In this document: piece after piece, positions 39,489-54,100 of the stretch
How positions within the stretch are numbered: the first letter of the stretch is position 1
Layout of the letters: every line of letters begins with the position of its first letter
Source of the DNA: Octopus bimaculoides
Taxonomy: Eukaryota
Reading direction: 5' to 3'
Assembly: GCF_001194135.2 (NCBI RefSeq)
Contig: NC_068990.1
Span: 24,340,223-24,404,222, forward strand
Length of the DNA stretch: 64,000 nucleotides
The notes under the pieces: generated by a model
The model's database searches: none
What the model saw: the letters and a program-made list of their open reading frames with translations, nothing else
What the model was told of the DNA's origin: nothing
Translations under genes and position numbers: made by a program

Positions 39489-41941
39489 TCACTGAAAATA
39501 CTTGAAATAAAAAGGTAACAAAGAAGTTTTTCCCTCTACATTTATTCCGTTTTTCGTTAACAAAAGCAAGTATGTTCGTGGAAATTGAATTTTCTTCAAA
39601 AGAAATTGCTCTCTGTATTGGCATGTTCACTGAGAATTGTACCCAACTGCATCGTTTCTACGTATATCTAATAGCAGCTAGCAGCAGACCTAGAGAATAG
39701 CTTCAGTTAGGAAACCCCTTCCAAATGTTTCCATTATGTGTTTAGTTGCACATTTTCTTGACATCGCAGCAAATCTTGTCGAAAGGAAGTCGGATTTCCT
39801 AAAAGAATAATTAATTACTCTTCGTACATTTAAACCTATATATNNNNNNNNNNNNNNNNNNNNNNNNNNNNNNNNNNNNNNNNNNNNNNNNNNNNNNNNN
39901 NNNNNNNNNNNNNNNNNNNNNNNNNNNNNNNNNNNNCATATATATATATTGGAGTCTTACGTAATGTGTACTAGTTAGAAGAATCGGTACGGTTTCGAAT
40001 ACAATATTACAAAGTGTTTTTCTTCCTCCGCGTCAATCCTACATGTATCAGATTTTGTTCTCGACCTTTTCTTGATCGATCAAAACATATTGATGCATGG
40101 CGGTCGTTTATGGGGAATTATATAGTCGTAGGAGTAGATAATTTGTTGTTATTATTAAAGCAAACACCAGCAATGAGACTGGTATCGATTTTACCGGATT
40201 GTTTGTTGGAAAACATGTTTCTGTAGGTAGGGAAGACTTAAACGCTTAGGCAAATAGTAGTCTTTTCGAAAACTTTTATCCACGTCTGCGTTTTGTTATA
40301 GGCGAAGATCATGATCATCTGGGATCAACGAGGACCTTAGAAGCAGTCGGTACACTGTTTAGTTAACATGCGTTTCGTTAGGTAGCAATTTTGAATTTTG
40401 TTTTGCGGTTTAATAAAAGGAAAGGCTTCTCCAGTAGGACTAGTTTTTGATACACAATATGGAAACTGAATTTCTCGAATGAGTTGTAAGACACATTTTA
40501 CGCGCATTTTAAAAGGATGGTAATATAGTCGACAGTAAATATCGCAAACTTTTAACTTCGAAATCCATCTACTTCTGCATTGCTTGTTAATGAACATTCT
40601 ATGTTGTCAACCAACCTGGTAAAAATAGCAGCAAAATTTCCCTTCAAATCTACCCTTTTAAATAAGGAAACGACGTTTTGGATAACGTAGTCGTGGATGT
40701 ACAAATATACCGGATTGTTATTGGTGGAATTGATTTAGTCAACTGTACTTATACAAAAGCGACTTGTGCATAGCTTAAAGGAATTAATATTTCCGATCAT
40801 ATCAGAAACATTATGTATTACTTGTTGGATTAGCTTAGTGACGAAAGTGAACCAGATTTTTTACAAACATTTATAACAGTAATCTTAATCTCTCTAGATA
40901 ACTAGTTCGGGTAATCTCGTTGTAAAGAAATCTAGGAAAAATGGACGAAAAATCTCTAAATTATATGGTAAATTATAAGTTTGCATTGCATTCAAATTAA
41001 CTGAGTATAAATCAAGGATAACTTAAAAGTGAGCAGGGTTAAGGGATACTCTGGTCTTAATGTACAGAGAGTAAAGCATGTGGTTCTATCATTATATATA
41101 ATAGAAGTTAAACTTTACAGAATAATGGTTCTTTGACACTGACAGAAAGAAAAAGATACCAAGAGCACTAAAATAAGATTCCTTTAGAAAAGAGGTGGCG
41201 TTAAAGTCTTTCTTCAAAGTTTCACACTATCCATAGTTGGACTTGCTCTAGTTCATTAAAATCTAAGTTAATTTGAATTATAATTTCATTTTCGAAGTAA
41301 TTAATAAGGAAGACAGATATTATGAATATTACTTCATTCGTAATGTTATCTAAATGACACGTACCAGGAACTCGTTAGAAGTTGGTGGCTACTATATTTG
41401 TAAAATTAATCACATTATTTGCGATTCGTGGCTATAGATTTAACAGCTTGACAGCCACAAAAGTTTACTGAGTTATCAGGACTACCACTGAAAAATTAAC
41501 CTTAAAGTTGAGAATCTAAGGCAAGCGAGACATATGGAGATCATCTCTATTCAACGTTTATGAATGTTAAAAGTCAAGGCTTCACCACGCGTGCATTAAA
41601 GAGGTAAATTCATATTACCTATTCACAACTCATAAAATTTAATCAGCGTAGATTACGTGTCATATCCACACAATGTAGCACCAGTGTTCAAGAATGACAT
41701 GTTTTCCACTATATCATAAATTATAGATAATTAAATGATAAAAGGTACATTATGTAGATTATTGCTTTAACTACGTGACCACATAGTAACCTCGTAGATT
41801 GACAAAAAACAGAGAACTGACGATTCAAGAAGCCAAATATATAAGTAACTCACTGATTTGTTGCTGGACCAGTATCACAAAGCACAAACACACACTCACG
41901 CACGTACGCACGCACACACGCACGCACACACACACACACAC

Positions 41942-41991
<50 letters not shown>

Positions 41992-42278
41992 GCATATATA
42001 ATGAAAAATCAAAATGAATGGAACGGAGAAAGGATTAACGAGAACGGACAAAATAAATAAACATGGAAATCCTCTCATCAGCCACAGAGTCCAAACAACT
42101 AGCTCAGTTTCGGTGCGTTTAAAGTCCGAAGATCTTAAATTCCATGGTTTTACTACTCGTCTGGTTGTACTAGTGGTACAGGGAATAACAGGTGATGCAC
42201 AAGCATGGACTCATACATACATACGTACATACATACATACATACATACATATATACGCACGTGTGTGTGTGTGTGTGT

Positions 42279-42318
<40 letters not shown>

Positions 42319-42413
42319 CCTATAAATTAAAAATGTGTAACTTGTTTGACGTTTGGGCCGTTAGTTCTACATCATTACCTTCTTCCACTTTTTTAAGAAA
42401 AGACAGAGAGAGG

Positions 42414-42452
<39 letters not shown>

Positions 42453-43368
42453 ATTCATATAGTGTCACCAAGCCTGTTTGCCAGCTAGTAATAAAAGGAA
42501 TGATTTCGAAACATTACAGCATAAATTTATTTCAATATTCATGGAACTACACATGCACCATAAATATTTATCTATTTATCTGGCTGTGTGAGTGTTTGTT
42601 TGATCTGGATTAACTACAGCACTAACATTTAAAACGACCAGTACGCCATAACAAATTCGAATCTAATGTTTTTTGTTGTGTTGTAATGGGAAGATGATTT
42701 CGGATATTTTCCTTACGAGGAATTATTAACGTGATAATGGTTGGTGGATCAATCTCCGTCATTGCTCAACGATCATGATTCAGTTGTTGTTATTAACTGA
42801 GTTATCTGCTCCTGAATTTTCAATACTCGACACTCTTGGGTACGCTTAACGTAATTCCCAGCAAGAATCAATGTAAAACAGTATGTGAAAAAGCCTTCAG
42901 CACACTGGCCTTCCATACAGGTTATGCGTACCCAATTTCGCTTACACGATACGAGGTAACCTGACGGGTGGAAAATGAACTGCTTAAACATTCGGCCATG
43001 CAGTGCTTGCATCAAATTATACGCTCCTCTTTTGTAAAAACTTCATGTTCGATCAGTTAAGTGTTTACTTCGCAACCCCGAGGCATGATTGTGTCGCTTT
43101 GCAACCATTTGGTTTTGGGCTCAGTCCCAATGTACAGCACCTTGAGCAAGTATTTCTAGTGTAGCATTGAGCCGACGACCAATGCCTTGTGAGTATATAT
43201 ATGTATGTATCTGAAATAGATGTACGATTATTACTGTTACGTTTACTGCACCACGTAGATTATCATAGTCCAGTCTGCTTCGAGTATAGTTGTTAAACAA
43301 CTATTATATTTAATAGTGTTACTAGTTTTGAAATACAGAGCAACTGCAGGAAAAATTACAATATATAT

Positions 43369-43422
<54 letters not shown>

Positions 43423-45231
43423 TTGCATGACAAGCGGTACTGGTTTGTTTATGTTAGCGTTTCGCCAAAAGAGTCCAATAGAATATGTACCAAACTTTTG
43501 CAGAAATAGGTCATGGTGTTAATATGTTCGACCAAACCCTTCATGACGCTGCACTATCATGGCCGCTGACCATTGAGTGAAACAAATAATAGCTAAAAGA
43601 TACAAAGATGGATATATCGTAAACAACCAGTACAAAAAGTAACCTTGCCATGTATGCAGCACAACACTCACCCACTGCGTCATCAACAATTAGACGAATA
43701 TAAATGTAGCTTAGACATTCCAAATTAGTAAACTCCAAGTGTCTTTTATCTTAGTTGTTGAGCTTTTTCAAATCTGCGTTTTGAAAATGTATATATGTTG
43801 ATATCAAGAGAATGGTACAGATGAGTGAGGCGGTAGAGCGTCTCTCTTTAATGTATTGTGGTGTTTAGATTCCTGCTAAGATGGAATTTTCTCTGAATTC
43901 GTCTAGAATCAATAATGAAACAACGTGGATATAACTGAGCCGATTCAGTATCAAACTTATACTGGCTAACGTGGCTGACTTTGTGCCAGGATATATGTCT
44001 GAACGTGTGTGTGTATTAAGTACAGATCACGCTCGAAATAGATAAAGCTGTAAGTAATAGCGTGTAAATATTTTATTGAAGTCTTCGGGAGTTTTCCATT
44101 CAATCGACTTTCCAACCCATTATTTGCAAGCTATTATTTGTAACTTTATTTAACGATTTATTGTTAATATATTAAATAATAAACAGTTGGTCTATTTTTC
44201 TCTAAGTTCAAATCCCACCACTCTCTAGAGTCATTCTTCTAGTCCGGCGCAACAGGCACCAGACATACAGTGAAATAAATTCCCTCAAGAAACCCTTTGC
44301 ATATTAAAAAGAAATTAATATTCCCACTCACTGTGAGAAACTATGTTTGGGTAAACTAAAAAAGTGGGGGCTGTATGTAGTCGTCATTTTCCTAGAAATA
44401 CTATCACAGCTACTTCATATCACAGTCTACTTTATTAGACAAAGAAGGACGTGTCGAGGTGGTTATAACTAAAATCACTTTGATCTTAGTTTTGTTTGAC
44501 CAGTCATGTATAGAAGCAGATTTCGGTTCCCTCTGGAATCGAAATCACTCCAGTGATGCAATCTAATGATTCAGAAAGACTTTTATTTTTAAAATAAGAG
44601 ATGCAATTAACATTTACACGAGTTTTTCGTAGAGTGAGAAAACAAGTCAGTAGTATAGTATCTACAAGACATGCCTGTTTTTAACCTGATTTTCAATACA
44701 CTTTGATACGATTTCCTTTTGTTTTACTCGGTTATGTCTCTTGTAAAAGTAATAAATATCTTACCCTTTCATCTCAATTTCCGCAGTACATTTGCATCTT
44801 TCTATATGATCAAAACAGAGGTTAAAAATTCTCTATAGATGTACAGCAGCAATTAAAGAAACATTAACCTCATCTTAATATGAGTACTTTATCACAATAC
44901 TTATTCATAATCAGTAGCATCCAGTTCGAAATCATTTCATCATTTCATCTATCAAGCAATGCAAAATAAGCCGCATCTGTAAGATAAAGGTGACTATCCT
45001 GTAGAACTTCCTCATCAATCTCTACTATCATCGGCTTTCTTGCCGTTTTGTCTTCGATTACCTAACTTCAGGTAAACCCCTTACATTTTACTATTATATC
45101 CATAAATCCCCGCCTGTTTATTCATTGCATATATATATTTTTCTACTCACAGGAAGCAGATACAGTTACACATGTAAGATGATCTACCTTACAATATTAC
45201 TGCTATTATTATTATTATATTATTATTATTG

Positions 45232-45266
<35 letters not shown>

Positions 45267-48200
45267 CATCATCATCATCGCCATCATCATTTTCATATGA
45301 CCTTCATAATCATCACCCTTAAATGTTATTATCATTAACAATTCGTAATTAGTAGTCACCATATTATAGGCCTTAGTTTTCTGTGGACTGATTCCGTGGT
45401 TCGGTTTTAATTTTCAGTTTGGAACCGTTTCTTTTTCATATGACAATTTATGTTCTCGAGTAAAGCATAAGCATTATAATTAATAACCCCCTTCCACAAT
45501 CTGATATGAGTGGGTGGTGGAGTAGTAGAATCTTGCAGTATTTGTTCCAGCTCCATAGTCTTGAGTTTAAATCCTGCTGAAATCAGCTTTGCCTTTGATC
45601 CTCCTAGGATCAATACGATAAAATACCAGACAAGTATTGGTTCAATGATGTCGGGCAGTCCCTTCCCCTTAAGTTTACTGGCTTTGTGCCTAAAACTGAA
45701 CCGATTATTATTATTTAACTTGAAGAATCAGTAGAACATCAGAAAAAGTGTCTCGCACATTTACAGCCACATCTGAGCTCAAATCCTGCACCGGCTAACC
45801 TTTAATATTTCGAGGGTCCATAAAATAATGTACTAGTCAAGTGCTGTTGTTGATATAACTGAGTGTTCTCTCACCCAATTTCTGGTTTTGCACATATGTA
45901 AAAAAGGAGTTCGACAGCAATGTTTTCTTTTATTAGAGATATTCTTACCTTCACTGTATTTCCAATCGTTAATACTTACTTCTTACTCACCCAACTTGAG
46001 TGTTATTGAAAAGCGGATGTAATCTACTGCTTACTAGTTTGATATATTGTCTTGCTTGTTTAACTTCCTGTTTCTTCACGTCTCATCAAAACTTGCTAAC
46101 CAGTGTTGATACCCTACGATGCTGAATTGTTTAAATTAGTCTGGCTAATATTTTGGGAGCATTTTAATTTACTGTATTTCATGCCTCATAAAATAAAACG
46201 ACAAAAAGAAATAGTTCTATAGAAAATATTCATTTTTGTTCTTTAAGAAATAGGAAATCGGCATATCAGGAAGAGGCGTATGAACCCGTTCTGATTGCTG
46301 TTTAAGGCCATATTGAAATGCTTGGAAAAACGAACTCATTCGTAAAAGCTATACACTTTTTACGGATGTAAGAATTTGTATTAGCATTGACAACTTAAGT
46401 GAAATGACTGGAAACGATAGAAGCCTTATTTAATATTCTAAAATTTCTCCCAAACCATTCTGAAGTACTCTCCATGTTTTAAAATTCTTTGAACCCAATG
46501 ATATATCATTCAAGCGTCTAACGTTTAATGCTTGCACTTGACCGAATGTTAGAGGAGACCGGGGCATATAAAATAGGAACCTGACAGAGTAGGCGATTAA
46601 ACTATATGAAAGTTATTTCCCAAAATATGTGACCTTGTACTTCTATTTGGAAATAATTTTATCATTGTTTTGTTATTATTGCTGACCTTGTTCTTGCTTA
46701 TGGTTTTGTTATATCGTCGGCATAAATTTAAAACAATTATATTAATATACATATAATAGCACGTCTGCTATGGTATTCAAAGTATCATTTTTAAGGTCAG
46801 ATTCTCTTTTCCTGATAATAATATCTCGTATAGCTTCTTGTCGTCTTCATACTACCTCATTTAACGAAAGATCTCGCTCAGTCAGAGTTTACATGGAAAT
46901 AAACAAGAACGAGTGAACTGACCAACTATAAGATTTGTATTTTATTTTTATGCAAATATTCAAAATTATCAGATTTATATAATTTGATGATATTATTTAT
47001 AATAATGCAAACCTGCATTTAAGGTTTCGATTTCAGGTTTCAGTCATTTCCTGTCTTTAAAGCTGTTATTTTAGTAAAACATGGCATCGTGGTTAAGACT
47101 ATCGCAGGCTCAGTCCCACTGCACTGCACTTTGGACGCATGGTTTGAATTGTAGATGCAAAACCGACTAATACCATTTGAATATGTATGTTACACAGAAA
47201 CTGCAAAGAAGTGAGTTGCATATCATTGGTATTACGTTAAATTGTCATTGTCCAAATTTGGACAAATGTATTTTTTTCAACATTAACCTTGGCTTGCAAT
47301 AACCGGTTCTTTTGGTCAAACTGTCGTATCTCCAGCTGCTTCAGATGCCAAGATATCAAAAATTGTCAAAGTGTAGTACAACGGTTTTGCTATGGAATGG
47401 CGAAACTACTTTTTTGTTTTCTGAAAAAGCGACGTTTTGGACTTACGAGATTTTGCATTTTAGCAACGATATGTGTTTGCATGTTCATGTAGGAACGTGT
47501 GCATCATTGCTTTTATCTTTCAAACGCTTGGCATTCGATGTCGATTTGGTTGCGTCCCTGGAATAAAAAGATGAATAGAATAAGTACATAAATAAGTACC
47601 TTCTTCTGAAACTCTTCGAGCCGGTGACTTAACATGGCTGCAGTCCCAAAATAGAATGAAATAAAAGAAAAAACTGCTATAGCTTCTACCTGCAGTTTCT
47701 GAAACCTTCCTTCAAAATATAGTGGTAGTTTTGATATAATGTGTAGGTAGTTAACAATTTTGTCTCAGCTAGTTTGAGTCAGAACGCAAGCTAGTTCTGC
47801 CGGCCACATTAAATCGGTATTAATATTACTAACATTATTAGATAAAAACAATCATTATTAAATTAGAAACAGTATTATCATTATTAGAGAAAGGACCGTA
47901 GTAGAAGCGTAAATGCATCGGACAAAATGCTTAGCAATGTTTCTTTTGATGCTATACGTTGTGAGTTCAAATCCTGCCGAAGTTAACTTTCCATTTCATC
48001 CTTTCCATAAAATAAAGGACCAATAAATTACTGGAATCGGTGTAATTGATTTGCAACTCTCTCGAAATTGCTGTCTTTGGGTCAAAATTAGAAAAAATTA
48101 TTAGAGAAAAACGTACATTAACAGAGTAAGTAGAGTCACTAAAAATGCCTCGCAATATTTGTTCCGGAGTTTTACGTTCTCAAATCACGCAATGGTCAAT

Positions 48201-51127
48201 TTTACCTTTCGTTCTTTCGAGATTAAAGTACCAATCTAATATTGAGTTTTACCGATCGAATTAGCCTTCCGCTCAAAAAAGTTGCTTTTGTGCCTAAATT
48301 TGAAGTAATTGTTATCATTATTAGATAAGAAAAGACAGACAGAATCATTAGAGCGTCGGACGAAATGCTTCTGAGTTCAGATTCCTCCGAGGTTTTCCTT
48401 TCATCCTTTCGACGCTGATAGAACACGTACCAGTTAAGCACTTGGGTCAAAGCAGTTGACTGGAATCATCCCACTTAAAATTTCCAAGAATTGTAACCAT
48501 TATTAGGGAAGGGAAGGCAAGCTGGTCGAATCGATTATCGAAGAGCGTAGTGGATCAGAAGAATATCCAAAGTGAAGAGCAATATGCTCTCTAATTAAAT
48601 GCATTTGTTTATATTCTGGGTACGAATATTTCGAGGGTTCATAAAACAAAGTCTCATGTGCAATGTTGATCAACAGTCAAATTAACTGTAATCTCCTTGC
48701 GGTAGTAGACCCTGTTACTATGAGTATCATTGTCATAGACCCTTAACCGTAATGTAGAATATGTGCATCAAATATCACCTTTATCTCCTACTCTATCATC
48801 ACATCTTCTCAACTTTTGTTTACTTATTTTTCTTTGTGTATTTATTGTTTGTGTTTGCATGTAGACCGAACAGATAATTCATCAAAACTCTTTGTCATAA
48901 TTTGACGCATACTGATTCTTTAACCAACAGAATCACAATGGTGACTTTTCATCCGTTTTCGAATTTTAACTTAAATAGAGCATCAAATATAATTTTAGAA
49001 ACAAATCAACCATATGAATCTCAACCATGTCATATATTCCAAAAACATATACAAGTGCATTTATATATTTCCTCTTCATGATTTCTCAAGTTCTCTTTTC
49101 TTGTTTCTGTCTTGACGTACTGAGATGTCAAATGATCTCTACTCTCCAGAATGCATGTTAACTCACAAATATTTGAACATGGCACAATCACTGACTAATT
49201 TCCGTTCCATAAAAGTAGGTCGCATGACGGCTCTTATGTCTGGTGAATGATAGCTTCCTGTTTATTTTTCTATATTTCATGTCTTTAGATCCCTTCGCCA
49301 TTGACAAGAAATTTCGGTCTCAGTTTATCTATTCGTCATAACATTCTTTTTACATTCATATTCGGGAAAATTTCGTTTAATTCATTATCTGTCACTTCTT
49401 TTCGGAACATTGGTTAGAAGATGATATAAAATCTAATGGAAAACAAGAAATTTCATACATTTCTGGCCATTAAAATATAAAAAAAAATTATTACCTTTCA
49501 TTTTCTGTAATTTATCATGTCATTTTGTCTTGCCGAGTTTTTTTTTATCATATCGAAATATCGCGATTTGTACCTATAGGAAAATCTAAGAAAGGTACAA
49601 GTTATGCATAAATATTTCAATTTACACTGAATAATATTCTTCTGACGTATAAAATACACCCAAAATTGATTCGAAACTTAAGATATAAATTGGATTCTGT
49701 ATTCGATATAAATTTTGCTTTTAATTCAAAGAATCCTATTAAAAAATGTAAGTTTGCATCTAAAATATTGATAATATTCAATAAAAAACAATTTTATGCT
49801 GTAACTTGTCCTTCTTCAGAATGAACATATGAAGGAAGCATCTTAGCTTCACAGAAATACAATAAAGAATGAAATTTATAAGATGGATGTAAATAAGATC
49901 TTTGAGATATACAAAATTGTTCACTTTTATATGGAAACGTCAATGGCTAGGATCATTGAATATGCATGGTATTACGTTTCCATTCTCTTATACGTCTCCA
50001 GTATTGTACATCGATATGTGAAGAGAAGGAAATTTGTAGAAATAATGATGCATGGTATTTCTTACTTTTATTTCTATTTTGAAATTCGAATGCCTGTTGT
50101 CTTCAAATAACAAAATATCTTCAACATTAGAACTGTGGTTTCATTCAGTATAATTGTACAGTTAACAAAGGAACAAAACAAAACAAATTTCATAGAATAC
50201 GCATAAAATACACACACAAGTGCACACGCGTACAAGCACATACAAAGATATCCGAAGATTATCAGATGCAGTTGCCTGTCTCTCAGCAGCATTCGTCTCA
50301 CTATTTTATTCATTCTATCAATGAATAGTCATAAATGAACCAAAAATAAATCATGGGCTGTGTTCATGTTTCAGTTCATATTACACTACGATCACTTTGA
50401 CATCCAACGGGTGGCACACTGTACAATATCGAATTGAAGAGTGTCAGCGAGTTTATTGCGCATCTGCTTCGAACAACAAGAGAGTTCACGATACACGTAC
50501 ATACATACATGCATACATACACACATACATACATACAGACATACATACACACATACATACATACAGACATACATATATACATAAGACATTTAGTAGTAGG
50601 TTGAAGAATAACACATCCTAATACAGGAATAAATCACAAAAGCCCAACACGTGTTTCTGTTATGTAAGCAATTTTGGACATAATTCAATGGTGCAAAATA
50701 CAAATCTGTCCATATTGAATTGATTGTGGTATCAGATATACCCAAATATGTATTCTAACATAATCTTTTCAAGGGGACTCACTCGCTGAGAGATAAAGAA
50801 AAGAAACGTAATGCTGACATCAATACAGGGAACTAACCATTTAGAGAGAGTGAGAAAGAGAGATTGTAATTATACAGGTATACACATATACTTCTGTGTA
50901 TGGTAGAAAATATAAATACACATATGTATTTTAATTTTCAATGTACACATACACAGTCTACGAGTCCATCTCAGTACACATGTATACAATTATATGCTTT
51001 AACTACAGTATTTGAGCTTTTTAGCTCTTATTTCTAGTAATGTAGGTGTTCTAACAGCCTAATCATATTTAGTAACAATTATAGTTTTCCTTTTTGGTAA
51101 AACATTGCATACAGCTGTCTATATTAA

Positions 51128-51180
<53 letters not shown>

Positions 51181-54100
51181 GCATAGTTTTAACGTCTCCT
51201 TTTCTATGTATGCATGGATGAGACAGTATTCATTGAGGTAGATCTTTTATTACTAGATACCCGTCCTGTCCTCAAACTTCAATTATCTCTAAACATAGTA
51301 GTTTATTTAAGTGTGCTTGTGCGGTTCGTGCGCGAACGTGTGTATATGCATGTTTGTGCGTATGTGTGCAGTATGGCCGAATGTTTAAAAAGTTCATTTC
51401 ACTGCAGTAAGGCCGCAGTTCTATCCTATCGCAAGGTATCATGGAAAATTGTCACTTTTTTTTTAGAGCTTGTACCGGCCATTGGTTTCTGTAAGCAATT
51501 GGGTAGAAGAAAATCACAGAAAAGGCCGTCGGATGGGTTGTACCTATACTTCAAAAGTAACCTGTCAAACTGCGAAATACACGTGTATTGAAGGGTACAC
51601 GTGTCTGTGAAAATGCTCAGCCACTTACACGTTGATTCAAGAGGAGGTAATTTAGTTGTTCGCACAAGTGAATATTTACTTGGAATGACGGAGATCCATC
51701 ACGTCATATCTTTAATGAGCAAAACAATATATCATCACAATCATTGATACCACGGAACTTGCTGTTATTTATAACAATTTTTTTTATATCCGTTGTATGA
51801 AGTATTTCTTCGTATTTTTTGCACGGTAGCTGAACTCTCCCTTTTCATTGTGTCATTACAGGACTTGAATAACGAAACCATCAACCACTTAGACGCTGAA
51901 AATAGAAGACAAACACTTGAAGAAGAGCTTGAATTCCAGAAAGACTTACATGCACAGGTATGTTAATATATATTTTGTAAGTAATCTTAGTAATCGACTC
52001 TGATTATTTTGTTCCATATTTGCTGTTGCCTTTCTTTGAACTCCATATGGTATATATTAAATAAAAACCCTGCTAAACCTATTGTTCTCGTCATAAAATC
52101 TCTCAATTCAAGCTAAAAAGACCGTAATTTGTTAACATTCTTTCTTCAACTGCACTCAGATCATGGGTCCAACAGATAAAGCCTAGCTTCTCCAAACATT
52201 TATATCACTTTCTCTATCACTAATATATCTCTTCTCTCAATCTCCCCCACTCTCTCTCTCTCTCTCTCTCTCACTTTCTCTCTGGCTCTATTTGTCTCTC
52301 TTTTCTCTTTCATTGCATTCTATTTCCATAAAGGACACCATCTATGATTCCACTACGTTATCAGCTCATTGGTCCCACTCCCAGTATATTGCAATCAATC
52401 CTTGATCTCCAATTCTGCAACATATGAATTCCCTATCATTCCTGAATGACCACATTTATACCAAATCCTCTGGAGATTTGAGAAACTAATTGAAAATCAC
52501 GTTGTTCCACCCAGCCATGCTTGACAATTACTTTTCTCTGTCAGTCGTCTTTTAGACTGTAAGCTTTCTGCTGACAGCCATTATTCTCACACCATGTGTT
52601 GATGGAACACGCTTTCACACACATCATTGACGTGTGGTGTATGACATGATTTGCACGTCTCTTCACACGCTTTCCCTGTATATCAACAACCTACTTGCCG
52701 TCACCTAAAACTAAACCCTTTCGCTCTTGTCTAGCATTTGTCGTATAAAAGTCATCATCTTAGAACGCGGATGATAAACTTGCGCTAATTCTATAAAATA
52801 TTTTTCACAGGGTCGTAACAATATTGACTCCTTGAACAGAGCAGGGGAGGTACACAACCACTGGGCATGTGACAGTATACCTGCTCAAGACATGAACAAT
52901 AAGACTTAACTAAAACCTAATAAGTAAAAATGTGGGAGAAATTGAATTTCTACAGACGTCCTCACATTCAAAACATATCAAAAAATTGCAGCCCATACAC
53001 TGATATTTTGTGTTAAAAAATTGTACAAATCCCAACTCTTGCTAACTCTCTGTAAAGCTGAATCCGGACCCACAACTGGAATGGTGTTACACCTAGAGAG
53101 AAAGGCATCCTACATCCCAAATCCTTCATAAAACAGGCCGTACAACCGATAGGTATGAAGTAGCTCACCAACACACAGCAACTTTGGTTCACCCATTTTG
53201 TCTTAACGCTGTCTCTCCATTACAACAATGAACTTCTCAAAGCTGGCTCCATCCAGTTCACTCGTCTCGCTCTGTTCTATTTCTCTCTCTTGTCAAATAT
53301 ACTGGTTATATCTTTTGAAGTCCTAAGCTAAACACTATATCTATACTTCTTCCATAGTGAAGACGCACGGTTCAGTGGTTACAGGGTCGCTGTTAAAATC
53401 GAGAGGTTGTGAGTTCGATTCCTGGACCTGGCTGTGTGTTGAGCAAATCACTTTATTTCACGTTGCTCCTGTTCATTCAGCTGTAGGAATGATTTGCGGC
53501 GTCACTAATGCCAAGCTTTTTGGCCGTTTCTTTCTCTTTGAACAACATCGGGGGCGAGGAGTGGAGACCGGTATGCATAGGTGACTGCTTGTCTTCCAAA
53601 AACACCTCGCCCGGACTTGTGCATCAGAAGGGAACTTTCTAGTGCAATCCCACGGTCAATCTTCCATTAAGAACCAGACTTCTATGATTCAAGGAGAGCA
53701 TTAGCTGGATTGGTTTCACAAACTTCGACGGGCCTGTGGAAACCGTGGGTGCAGCCCCCAAAATCAATGTAAAATATCAGATCCCAGCAAAAAGCGGGAT
53801 CCTTAGAAAACATACATATAAAGTTTCCTGGTGAAAATAACGTATGTACATGGATTAATTGAAAATATTTATATTTGACTACCGTTTTAGAAATGCCTTC
53901 ATCTGGAAGCAATATAGCATTACAATTTTGATATTAATAAGATGAGCGTAAAAAAATAATTTGGGCTGTTCACTAATCTATATTTCTTCATATTTAAAAT
54001 CATTTTCTGATGAACCACCAAAAATGTTTTGAAACCGGTGAAATCTTTAGGGGTGGTTTCTCAAAACTTTTTATAATTTAATGTAGCTCGCTATAAACCA

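Noticed and set aside
48534-48556. ATCGAAGAGCGTAGTGG resembling an Illumina adapter
   Set aside because: Only about 8 contiguous bases match, it is internal to a contig, and it lies within a decayed SINE.
52700-53300. Possible decayed LINE ORF2 3' fragment
   Set aside because: Composition is slightly unusual, but I found no recognisable RT or endonuclease motif and no open frame. It needs a translated search.
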